The notes under the pieces are model-generated. The model had not been told where the DNA came from and searched no databases. It saw nothing but the letters and a program-made list of their open reading frames with translations. From the NCBI GenBank assembly GCA_051294375.1, contig CM119270.1, positions 11,139,626-11,203,625 of the forward strand: a stretch of 64,000 nt of DNA, written 5' to 3'. The stretch is from Paraspadella gotoi. Its lineage: Eukaryota > Animalia > Chaetognatha. Shown piece by piece: positions 27,342 through 39,726 of this stretch; the first letter of the stretch is position 1, and every line of letters starts with the position of its first letter. The position numbers were made by a program, and so were the translations under genes.

Positions 27342-27465
27342 CAAAAAGTGATCTTAGGGGGTTTGGAGAAAAGGTGTAGGAAGGATCCAGTCCAGCAAAT
27401 GTGCACTATCTTTATGTACAGCAACCAACTATTGCCGCAACCCCGACTCCCTTCTCGTTCTGTAC

Positions 27466-27633
27466 CTTTGACAGATTTCGCCCGCTCCCGATTTCGGAGG
27501 CGCCGTCGAGAGAGGGCGTCGTCGGCGTTGGCAACCAACCGACGCCGGAAGTGGGAAAACCCACGCCGGAAGTGGAAGGGGAAGTGACGAACGGCGCCGA
27601 CAACGGCGCCGAAGGACGCATTATGGAGCTGAG
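27466..27633 (-). CDS. Candidate 168-bp phase 0/0 exon, Ser/Pro/Thr-rich, unidentified
   Basis: Pyrimidine-rich ccatcAG acceptor and AAG|GTACAG donor; open frame LSSIMRPSAPLSAPFVTSPSTSGVGFPTSGVGWLPTPTTPSLDGASEIGSGRNLSK; CG-rich codons like the RNF220 exons. Confidence 0.4.
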
Positions 27634-28598
27634 CTGATGGAGGCAACAAAAGAGCAACTCGGGGTTTTTTCCTCCATTTTCTCCGGCGCTTTTCTTTTCT
27701 TTTTTTCCCTTTTTTTCTTTTCCCCTATTTTTTTCTCCTTTTTTTCCTCTTTTTAATTCAGAGAGAAGCGACTCGGTCGGCAGAGGAGGAAGAACTACCA
27801 CGAAAGACTTGGAGGAGAAAAAAACGGAACCACATTCAACCACAAAAACTGACTTATTCCGTTCCACAGTGAACGGAATTAAAGTTTAAACGATGCTGAA
27901 AGATTAGTCTGATCACGATTAAGTTTCGGTTGATAATGAAGTTTTTAGAATAAAGACTGCACACTTCCTATATATTTTGGGAGTACACGTAAAGTAGTTT
28001 TAAATAACAAAGCAAACTGAAATGAAACGGAGCGATCTGGCAAATTCCTCAAAAGTGAAAATCGTGAATCTGTGATGGAATCTGGCATCGATTCACTTTC
28101 ATTCACTCGCTTTTCACCTTTCACGATCCCTACTTTTATTTTAAGTCCATTTCTCTCTGGGCTTCTGGCTCTGCGTCTAAAAATCAACAATCCCTCTCTC
28201 TCTCACTCTCTCTCGCTCTCTCACACGTAAAAAAGAGCCCTTCGGTGTTTTTGGCCAGATTGTGTAATAATCTGTACTCTCGGCCTTCTGTCAAAACCCA
28301 AGTTTAGGAAGTTATTTCAATGCCGCTCAATGATTTTGTGGATTTCCTATAATATTGCTTCCCAACTAAAGTTAAATTCAAAACAGCAAAATAAATACGG
28401 AAAATATTTTTCACGAAAAAGATGACGTCGTGCTCTCTCTCTCTCTCTCTTACTCTCTCTCCTCTCACTTTCTCCCTCTCTGTCTCACTCACTCACACAT
28501 ACAGCGATCCATTTGCTCACAATTAATCCTTTACTAAGACCACCCTATCCAGCCGCCGTTTCGCCGGCCACTAATTATTTTCATTAGAAACTGAATAT

Positions 28599-28645
<47 letters not shown>

Positions 28646-29202
28646 ATCCCTCCCTCCTCGAGAATTAATTTTTCTTTTTATTTAATGATAAAATATCCAG
28701 GCCCACATACACCAACCCCTTAATACCCTATATTCTAACTCCCAACCCCTTCGATATTAGGCGATATAAGGTACTTAGCGTGGTAATGATGTTGGCGCGA
28801 GGAGACTTTGAGTGAAAAGAGAAATTTTAATGAAACCCGAATTTACTTTTTTTAATTTTTAACATTTTCTTGTTTTTTTTCCCTCTTGCGGTTGTAGAAA
28901 AATACTAACTCTGGTGACTTAGTTTTTCGAAAATTAAAAGGGGTGCTGGAGTATTTCGTTGCTTGCCATTACAGAATTTATACGTTTTTATTTCCTTGGC
29001 AAATTGGATAGAGACTATCAACTAGTAATAGTAAACAGTCAAATTTTAAGTGATTATGCTCAGAATTACTTCTGATTTTTAAAACTATGCATAACAACAA
29101 AGCTTGGTTTATTTACTCTCTCTTCGCTCCTTGAGGGGAAAGCAAGAAAATCAGAGCCGATATTAGCTCTCTTTCTCACTCTCTCTCTCTCTCTCTCTCT
29201 CC

Positions 29203-29257
<55 letters not shown>

Positions 29258-29474
29258 TTTCCCATCACCGCCCGCCAACGTTCCACCTTCCCCGATTCAA
29301 CATCTATCTTTCAGCTGCCTTCGTGAGCTTTTTATCCCTGCATTTACGTTTCACTCTCACAAAATTCAATCCTTCCTTGCCTTACTCTGTTATTACATCC
29401 TTTGTTTCCGACATTACTTCTCTAACATCTTCCTTCACAGCTCACCCACTTTCACAACCCCTCTTATCCTCTCT

Positions 29475-29550
<76 letters not shown>

Positions 29551-29696
29551 CCTTGCTCAATCTTTCATCGACGAGACACACGTATTCACACTCAGAAACG
29601 AAAGAAAAAAGAAAAACACAATTAGCAGCAGATTTCGGAAGCCTGTTAACATTGTTATCGTTCACGGTTGAGTGGAAGACGGAGAGAGTGAAAGAG

Positions 29697-29797
<101 letters not shown>

Positions 29798-29954
29798 AAG
29801 AGAGAGAGAGAGAAAGACTGGGAGAGAGAGGGAGAGAGACTCCATCGTTCGATACCGAGAGATAAGGAGAAATTGGATCCGGAAAGTCGACACGGGGGAA
29901 AAGATATGAGAGGCTTTCGGCGGCCGCATTGAAGAGCCTCTTCATGGGGAAGGG

Positions 29955-31422
29955 GTTGTCAGATCTCCTTGTTGTCAGATCGTCTTGTTGTCAGATCGAC
30001 TCGATGCCTTGTTGTCAGATCGGATGGCCGAGGAAATCCGATGAGGGTCGCTGGTTCGGAATCAAAGAAACTCCGCGAAACAAAGGGCTAACGACGAGTC
30101 GGAAAGGGACGACGGAGGAGAAAGAGAAAAGAGATGGAGTTAGTGGTCATGGATTAAATTGCATTATAAATTGGTTATAGATATATATAATTGTCGTAGA
30201 CATAGCGCTTGGTCAATACGTTTATGAAATTGGTACAACCAATATAAAAATTATCCATTCATTTAATAAATAAGCTATCTTGCCCCTGATGGAGAATTTT
30301 CTTGCTATATGCTGCTTGTTAAAACCTTCTAAGTAAGTTCAGTGTTCATGCACTTTTTGTTTCTATTAAGGTAATCATAATGGTAAAATATCTTATTTTG
30401 CTGGTGTTTGGACCTCAATAAATAGGTGGTCGCTTAACAACACTTCAGACTTTCTCCCTGCGCTCACTGCGTAGTGATAGAATCACACACACACACACAC
30501 ACAAAAAGAAAAGCATCTGACCCCGTCGCTCGATGAAGCTTTCAAGCTTTCCATTCACAAAGTTGACTCGGTGAAGCTTTTCATTCACGACCGCGACGCT
30601 TTTTCTGTCGGCAAATCGCGTGAATAGAAAATCCAGCCTTGCGGTTCGATGCAGTCCGACGCCCGGCCAATGCAGTCAGATGCCAAGCGATGCAGTCAGA
30701 TGCAGTCAGGGTCGATTGCCGATTCAACTTCAGGTGCCGCAATTGGGGGTAGAAAAAGTGGGAGTGGTTGGGTGGGGCAGTGGGCGTGGCGGAGAAAGAG
30801 AGACGCTAAATTGGGTCAGAATACAGCGATCGCCTGATGAAAAAAGAAAAAAGACCCGAATGTGAGAGGGCGAAGGAAAAGGCGGAGAGAATTTGGAAGT
30901 GTGAACGGGTGAATGGGTAAGGACTAAGGAGAGACTGAGTTAAGGGGTTGGAGACATAACGGAAATAGGAAAAAATGGGTAAGAAAAGTAATACAATTTT
31001 ATAAAATATATCGAAAGGTTAGAGAAAGAAATGTGAAAGAAAGAAAGACAAACAGAGGGGAAAAAAGAAAGGATAGAGAGAAAGGCAGACATATGTTGCT
31101 GTGAGATAGAAAATATTGAATACAACGTAAAAAAAGGAAAAAAAAAACAATCATGCTTCTTGAATTTACTGTATCCCAAGGCGTTAGATTCTTTTGTCCT
31201 GATTCGGAAAGACTTATGACGATTGGATAAACCCTTCCTCGCTGTAAAAGTTATGGCCATCGGATAAACCCCCCTTCCCCGCTGTATGTTGTCGGAGGAA
31301 AAAAAAAGGTTGTGACTGAACGAAGAAAGAGAAGGAAAAACGATGAAGGATTTGTATGGCTGTGTGTGTTTGCTGCTTGTTTGGAGGAAAAAATATTTCA
31401 AAGTAAACATTGGGATTTGAAT

Positions 31423-31473
<51 letters not shown>

Positions 31474-31835
31474 CCTGCCGTAGTTATGCGTTTCTCCAAC
31501 GTTTTTCAAACATTTTTTCCCTTTTTTTTATTTACGTTTCATTCAGTTGCCTCAGTTGTTTATTTGAATCCTTATTTCAATTTTTTTCGCTGTGTTTAAA
31601 AGGGAAGTCTTTTTTTGCTTTCAACTTTAGTTGAACATACCGAGAAATATTTTTTATTCATTTGTTTATTTCAATTCTGTTTAAGTTTTGTCAATTTGAA
31701 CATCTTTTTAACACTTAAGTGCTTATAAACATTAACAAAACTCGTGTTTCAAATTTCAGAAAAACGAAATCATAGCCCGAGTTTTCTCTCTTCAACGGTA
31801 GATATTCAAATCCCTCATGGTGAGGCGCGGGAAAA

Positions 31836-31887
<52 letters not shown>

Positions 31888-32504
31888 GCGAGTTTGTTTT
31901 AATTTCATGGATTTTTATCGAAAGGTGGACCACCCAAGATCGCTTCCTCATCCCTGTCAGGTTTTTTTGAGTGCCTCAACTTGGTTAACTAAGTTTATTA
32001 TTTTTCCCTTTTCTTCTTCTGATCTTCTTCTGATTCTCACCCTCGGCCTCCATCGCCCCCTCTCTTCCTCATCGACCGCCCAGCCATTGCTCACTCTCTC
32101 TACTTTTATTTTTATCGAATCGGTCATCAAAGGTTTCTCACTATAAAGTTCAAAAAAAAAAAAAAACTACATAGGCTAAAAAAATTACATGACATTCATT
32201 ACTGTCAAATTATTAATTGCGATGATTACATTATTTACTTCTTCAATTATAAAATCAAGGTGGACTTTCTTTCCCTACAGTAATATCTCTTGCCTCTTTT
32301 ACTAACCCCTCACTCCCTCCCCTTAAGTCCCTTATATTAACCTCTCCTCCCTCAACTCCCAACCCCCTCCTTCCCTTTCTCGGCCCTCCACTATCAAAGT
32401 TGACCGGCAGGCATAGACCTCAACCGTCCTTCCGCTTTTTTCATCAGACAAAACCATTCAACTCAAATGGGAAACAGATTTTCGGGACTTTGAACAGAGG
32501 AGTG

Positions 32505-32571
<67 letters not shown>

Positions 32572-33374
32572 ATTCCCCCCCATCTCTCTCGTTTCTTTGA
32601 TAAACACATTAGCGTATCAAATAATTTCAAACTTTTAGAATTTAATAAAAGTCGTTCTCTTTAGAAAGGGCGAAACAGAGAAGTCCTTTATACACAAGAA
32701 TCATACCTGAAACTCGTGCTTTTATTGGCTAAAAAAAAGCAAGCAATCCTAAGTAAATGTAAAGAATCCCCTCGGATCTTAATGTTTTTGTTTTTTTAAT
32801 TCTTTTTTTTCCTCGCTATCAGATTTCCAGCACGCTGTGATCCTCCCCAGTTCAGATTCCGTGATGGCAACTTTCTTAACTTCGCTAAAGATAATGATAC
32901 GAATAAATAATAGTTAAAAAACATAGTTATAACGACAGTATTTAATTCATAGCAACTTTAAAAACAATTATTAAACTATTGGCTCAAGGTCTCATATTTA
33001 TTATTTGTTGGACGTCTTCCACAAACAAGGCATTTTTTCTCTTTAGAACAGTAATAATAATGTAATAAATATTTTTGAGACTCGAATTATGTCGCTCAAG
33101 TTGTTCAAATTACCATTAAATTTTGAGGATTTAAAAGAAAAACCGCGAACTCGATTCCCGACTCTAGAGTCAATGACTTCCCCCCCTGAATGTTATTCAC
33201 AAGAGTCACCGACGGAGTCACTCACATCTTCCGGATCCAAAAAAAAAACCTCATAGATGTTCACGGAAGCCAATGGAGAATCACAAAGGACCTCCGAACT
33301 CACAGACTAAGAAGAGAGAAATGGGGGAGGACCGTGGGAGGTATTTTTCGTGAATGGGGTATAATGATAGAAGG

Positions 33375-33444
<70 letters not shown>

Positions 33445-34392
33445 GAGAGAACTCCGTGAATGGAACTCGTCATCGCGGAACCAACTTTGACGGGGACGAC
33501 GGCCAATGCTTTCCCGCGTCTACGCAATCGGCCCATGGAATTTCCGCTGCGGGAATTTCTAAATGGAATTTTCCGATGGAACTTGCGCAAAGTAATTTAG
33601 TCGAGAAGGCGACAAAAGAATCGTAAATGGACGCTAAAAATAGGCAAACAGAACTCCATAAGGAGTTTAATAAGTACGATTTACAATATCAAAGTCATAT
33701 GAAAATACATAGTACTTTGGACTCATTTAACATCGATATTTTTTTTATTCACTTTAGACTTGACGACGACGACGACGAAGACGACGACGCTACGATGACA
33801 ACGACGACCTCGTCGACTTAACAACTTCCCTCCCTCATAGAGAATCATAAATTCTCTCAGGGTATTTCAACCTTTTTATTTTTAAATGCTTGTTGTTGTT
33901 AAAGCTTCTTTATTCTCACCTCTCGCGTTGTTGGCTATTAAGTTGCCTAGCGACTAAAATGCTTTCATTTCATGGTGCATGGAGACTCGTGTGCGGTTAT
34001 TCAAGGACCCCCTTAGCGCCCCCCTTTTCACCCCGCCCCGGTCCCCCCCTAACTTCTCCGTCGGATCTTGTTTCCAGCGAGGAAAAAAAAAAGTCCCCCT
34101 TCCAGCGTTTTATGGTGTTATAACCTTAATTTCTATTTTGCGCTTAAGGGCACAAAGAAAACGCTTTAAGTCACATATAAGGCTCGCGACTTTTTTTTAA
34201 AAGTCCTTCACTTCGAAACTCGTCGCCCCCTTAAAACTCCCCCACCTCAACTTCCTCTTAACTTTAAGAAGAAAAAAAGTCTTTTTGTTTCCGCCAAAAA
34301 AAGGGAAAATATTTTTTCTTTTTTTCTTTCTTTCTTTCTTTCTTTCTTTTTTTCTTTTTTTCTTTTTTTCCTTCTTTCTTTCTTTCTTTCTC

Positions 34393-34424
<32 letters not shown>

Positions 34425-35246
34425 TTTTTCTTTCTTTCTTTTTTTCTTTCTTTTTATCTTACTATTTTTCTTTTTAGCTAACCTTCTCTCTTTCCATCTT
34501 TCTTTCTATCTATCTTTCTTTCACAGTTATCTATGCTCTCCGCATTTACTTCTCTCTTTCCCTCATTTTGTCTTAATGTCTTTCTATCATTTGTTCCTCT
34601 CTTTTTAATTTTCTTCTCTCCCCTTTCTCTTAAACTCAAAAGAAGAGAAAATTAAAATTCGGCGACCAAGTAACGCTCTTTCAGCAAAGTGTGTCCTTTG
34701 TTCTAACTTTTTTCTCTTTGAACTCGACTTCTTTCTTTTAAAAAATGAATTCATGAAAGGGAAGTTGTTGTGGTGAAAAATTCTCGTTGTCGGCGATTAT
34801 CTCGTCCGAAACGAATAGAGAGCGAGACACTCCAGATATGTTTTGTGCGCGAGCGAATGAGCGCGAAAAAAAATGGGAGACAGAGAGACTTAGAAAATTT
34901 TTCTCTCTTGTTTCCACTTTTCGGTCGCACGTGCGATCTTTGGGCGCACAATGTATTTACTACTCGAGAGACAATCGTTACCGGACTTAGAGCGTGACCA
35001 ACGACGGAGATCATTTTGTTGCTATGGTGTCCTTGACCAGTAGGGTGGAGTGAAAAGATTGAGCGATGGAACAATGTTTTTTTGCTGCCTTTATATATGT
35101 TATAAAAAATAGTTAAGCCATTTAAAAAAAAAATGCATAACAGTATCATTAATTTAATTTTTTTATAGTATTATCCTTATAAAATTATAAAGTTTCAAAA
35201 TCATATTTTTTTTCAATTTTAAGAACAGTTTCGGATTCGCCGGAAA
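29955..35246. repeat. Duplicated block B, cleaner copy (direct copy at about 44184-49865)
   Basis: Collinear match over about 5.3 kb, ending at gaacagtttcggattcgccggaaa just before the 25-N gap. Confidence 0.95.
34320..34450. repeat. (TTTC)n microsatellite
   Basis: Tandem TTTC units; similar tracts at 42730-42850, 48940-49065 and 50580-50660. Confidence 0.9.
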
Positions 35247-36083
35247 NNNNNNNNNNNNNNNNNNNNNNNNNAAGAAGAGAAGATAACAAAATCAAACAAA
35301 GACTTTCAAAATATAAAAAAGGAAAGAGAAAGAAAGCTGAAAGGGGAAAAAGCCGATGGGAAGGCGAAAAAATCCATTAAAAAATTATTTGCTTAGTCAC
35401 GAACTTGGTCGCGTCGTCCGTCGTCGTGAGGGTCGTTGTCCAATTATCGCAATAAGATTGGTTGGTTAAAACGAAATACATGACAGTGATGGACAAAGAA
35501 AGAGAGAACGAGGAAAGATAAAGAAAATATAAATAAATAAAAATGTTCAAATTTATGAGAGATTAAAATCACTTAAAATAAAGTGACAAAAACAAAATTA
35601 TTGAGTAGGTAGCTAAACATAACTAGAAAAGATTGGAACGAATAACAAAAAAAATTAAGATAATTTTGAGCGGAATTTATGCAAAAACGTTGAATTTTAA
35701 CGACAAAGATTATAAGGAATATTCGAGTTTTATATTGTTGAAAAAAAGTGTAAATTCACTTTGATGAATTGGATTCTCTCTTTAAGGGAAAAAGAAGTGA
35801 ATTGATCTGTTCTTAACGAACTCAGTATCACAGTCCACCATCCTTATCTTTCTCACCCCTTGTTTTCATTTTCCCACAACCCCCAAATTTCCCCCCTCTC
35901 CCCTCGCACGTCGGCGAAGAGGGAAATATTTTGTCTCGTATTTAAACGTAAACATTCTTGCCAAAGCGTCAACAGAGTCAATGGCTGGGCACAACACGTC
36001 CGATTTGGAAGAGGTGAGAAAGAGGGGGAAGAGAAAGAGGGAGAAAGGAGAGATTAGGAGTTGGAGAAGGGGAAGAAGGAAAG

Positions 36084-36175
<92 letters not shown>

Positions 36176-36304
36176 AACCTAGCTATTCAGTGGGAAACAA
36201 AAAATCAGAACTATATCTCGAAATTAAGTCTCCAGTTTTCCTTAGGACCTGTACCAACCTCGCTCCCCACACTACCCGCACATGAACCCAAAATAAACTC
36301 AAAC

Positions 36305-36615
36305 TTAATTCCGTCGGGTTCGCTGGATCCGCAGCGGCTGTCCCCGCGCCCATCGCGCGCCCGTCTCCAACCATCTCGTCCGCTGCCCCGCGACGCCGGA
36401 GCGCTTCGTCCTTGACCAGCGCCAACGGATGAAGGTGACATCGGGAGTGATTGGCCGACGCGGGTCCGTTGGCGCCGTAGAAACCCGCCGGCGCCGGGAG
36501 ATGGCGTCCGCGAGAGTGTTAACGCGTTTGGCGGGAGTGAACGCCGAGTGATAAAGCGGGCGTCCTGCGGCGGCGGCTGCGGCTGCGGGCTTCGGTTAGA
36601 TACCGGCGGAAGCGC
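36305..36615 (-). CDS. RNF220: RNF220-like exon B, redundant inverted copy with indels
   Basis: Reverse complement of 54706-55014 (ALVKDE...GDSRCGSSEPDG). Confidence 0.6.
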
Positions 36616-36694
36616 CTGCAGGTTGGAAGGATACGGAAAGGAAGTTCAATTAGTGAAATCAATTGATTGATAATTCAAAAAAAAAATTGTCCTA

Positions 36695-36827
36695 GACTTG
36701 TTAAGTGTCATCTCAATGCACGATAGTTTGAGTAAAGAAAAACATCGGATTTGGGAAACGTGCTAATTTTATTAATTAAAATTAGCATGTTTCCCAAATC
36801 GATGTTTTTCTTATCAAAATTGTCCTA
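36695..36827. mobile_element. 133-bp palindromic MITE-like insertion in an RNF220 intron
   Basis: Arms aagaaaaacatcg(g)atttgggaaacgtgctaatttta / taaaattagcatgtttcccaaatcgatgtttttctt; flanked by 12-bp direct repeats aaaattgtccta (36683-36694 and 36816-36827); absent from the other copy at about 54625-54640. Confidence 0.5.
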
Positions 36828-37161
36828 TAATAAATGATTAATCAGGTCGTAAATTCAATTATAAAATATATCAACCAAATCAATATATCATCAAACGAAA
36901 AGAAAGGAAGAAGTAAGAGTTGATGATAATGAAAAGGTATCAATAAACATTAAAAAAATGAACAGACGCTTACGTGATTGCGTCCATGTCATGAATGACT
37001 ATGTCAATGAATCGGAGGGGTGAAACAGACCTAAAAATTCACCAAAAAGGGCTTTCAATAAAACTGGGCTTCGATAACGACTTCGATAACAGAGAGAGAC
37101 AGTGAAATAGACCAAAGCGACCGTCAATTATCCTACACCATTCTGGCCGAGTCGACCTCAC

Positions 37162-37659
37162 CTCGCGACCACAGAGATTCTTCAAAAACCCCAATCCCGG
37201 TCGCAGAAACGGATTCGCCGCCGAGATTCGAAACAGCACGCCTGTGAGAAGAAAGCGGCGCCGCCGGCCGCGGCCACCGCCGCCGGATCGGCACCGACGC
37301 GGGCGGCGGCGGCGGCGTAAAGCGCCGGGGTTAAAGCCGCCATGTAGGAGGCGAGGAGAAGGAGCGTGCGAGCCGAGGGCGAGGTGGAGGCAGCGGGCCG
37401 CCGCTGCTGCACCAACGGGGGAAGTATGAGGCGGCGGTGGAGGTCCCCGGCGGCGCGGCGGCGGTTCCTTTACGGCGACGTCGACCGCGACGGCAGCGAT
37501 CCGGCGCCGGAGGCAGCGAGAGGCGACGGCGTCGGCGGCCGAGGACCCAATTACCATCAAGGGGCCAGAGGGGGGGGGCGGGGGGGGGGGGGGGGCCCCC
37601 CCCCCCCGGGGGGGGGGGGGTATCGGGTTTGAGGGGGGGTAAAAAAAAGGAAAAAAGGT

Positions 37660-37692
<33 letters not shown>

Positions 37693-37795
37693 GTTGAGGA
37701 AGTTGAGAGCCCCCAGGGATGAGGAAGAACGAGAAGAGGAAGAGGATCCGGGCCCGCGGACAGGTTCACGTAGGGCGAAGACCAAGAGGTTCAAC
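37162..37795 (-). CDS. RNF220: RNF220-like exon A, redundant inverted copy with frameshifts and low-quality G runs
   Basis: Reverse complement of 53744-54252 (GPLMVIGSSAADA, FRISAANPFLRPG). Confidence 0.6.
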
Positions 37796-39674
37796 TGGGG
37801 GAAAATGGGCCAGTGAAAAAGAGGAAGAAGTTAAAGAAGGGGGGCTTAATTAGGCCAGAAAGTTAAAAGCTGTTGCAGCAAAAATATGGGGCAAGAAAGA
37901 AAGAAAAAAAAGAAAGAAGGAAATTTACATTTTCGAATCTCGGCTGCTTCCATTTGACCCGACGACGACGACGATGGACAACAAGAGAGCGAACGACGAC
38001 GAACGACGACGACGACGAACGACATTCTTTAGTCAAGAGATTGAAACCAAGAAACTAACTCTTTAAATCGCGCTCTTAATTAGTCGTCTATTGACTAATA
38101 AAAAAAAGGGGCAAAAAAAAAAAAATTAAAAAAGTTCAGCGAATGTCGGTCTTTCTTCTTAGATTTTTAAAAGTGATTAGAATTAAGTTTCTTTCATGAT
38201 AATTGGCAAAAATTACTTGTTTTCATTATTTTCTATTTTTATAATTTCATGAAAGTTTTTACTATTTAATCTATATTATTTAATTATAATAATATATTTT
38301 TGTCTTTTTAGCTTATCAATTATACATTCAATTACTCATATTGGGAGGGGAGGTCTCAGTGTTGTCTTTTGGAAAGAGGGATTCAGCACTCATACCAGAC
38401 AAGGTTAGTTATTAATTTTATCAGGCCTTCGCTTCTAAATTTCTCTTGCAGCGAGAGAGACAAAAATTTTTCATCCTACTGGGCTACGCACCCGATTATT
38501 CTGCATCTCATTTTATAAAGGAAAGTAGAAATAGACTCTAGAATATTACCGTATGTACTATTTCATACAATCAAATATTCAAAAATCTTGAATAAAAAAA
38601 CCCTTTACATATTTTACATGCTACCTATAAAGAAAGAATCTTCAGATAATAGAGAAAAGTTACCGGAATCCGGAAAGCAGCCCTCCGGCATCATTCATAT
38701 GGCGCGTCTGATTTGCGATACGCTGAGAGTCAGTGAGCAGAGATAAGGAGAGACGTGTAACTAGCGCCGTAAAAAAGAGCGAGTGAAGATCAGAGTAATG
38801 TATCGAAAGTCGTCTTGTAGTTTAGAAGCGTCTATATTTGCTGATCGAGGTTAAGAGAAGAGGATAAGATTAGATGGCCGAGAAAAGATGCGTCTATAGT
38901 TGCGAAAGGAGGCAAAGAAATTACCCTTGTTTGCCTTTTTTGTTTAGGTTGATGCACTTATTTTTTGTAGGAGAAGTAAGTTTTCTGATACCGACAGAAT
39001 AAGACTAATTTGAGGAACAGTCAATTTCTGATGCACAGACAATATATTTGGATTTCGCACGAGTTTAAACAGGTATTGTCTGTCTGACTATACATCGCAA
39101 TGTATTCTCATTCCGAGGTGTCCACACTGGGTATTTATATAGAATAAATAAAACTTTGTGAGATTTAACGGAAGCGAAGTGAAAACATTAGTAAGAGTCA
39201 AATGGAAGTTGAATAGATGGCGGCAAACGAGTCGGTAGTTGAATGGATCGCGGTCGGTGGATTATAGAATAACATTCGAAGATAGCAAATATTTTCTCTT
39301 CGTTTTTTTTTCTTCACCTTCTTTTTCAAGTGGAAATTGCTACATAAGAAAAATATGTAATACTACAGAAAGATCGGTATCGCAATTATGAACGATCCGC
39401 TTACTCTATTCGATCTCGCTCTCAATCAGGAGAATAAGAGAAGAAGATGGAACCGAAATCAAGAAATCGAATGAGAGAGAGGCAGAAGAGAGAGACGAAA
39501 AGAAAAACACGACACGACGAACCGAAAGCCGGAGAGAGGAAATAAGAGAAGAAACAGAAAACCCGAAGGCCAAATGAGTAGCGAGAATGATTACCGAAAG
39601 GCATGTTGGAGATACTCGAGAGGCGAGAGAGAGAGGAAGAGGAAGAGAGGAGAGAGAGAGAAGAGAGAGAGAGA

Positions 39675-39726
<52 letters not shown>

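Noticed and set aside
29955-30021. Repeat-spacer pattern resembling a CRISPR array
   Set aside because: 11-bp repeats with 5-13 bp spacers, animal DNA, and no cas genes.
37567-37690. Long G/C homopolymer runs suggesting a G-quadruplex or poly-Pro coding
   Set aside because: Absent from the cleaner copy at about 53825-53860; looks like low-quality base calls.
36305-37795. A second RNF220 paralogue or pseudogene
   Set aside because: Introns and flanks match the + copy apart from indel noise, and junction logic indicates a flipped redundant contig.
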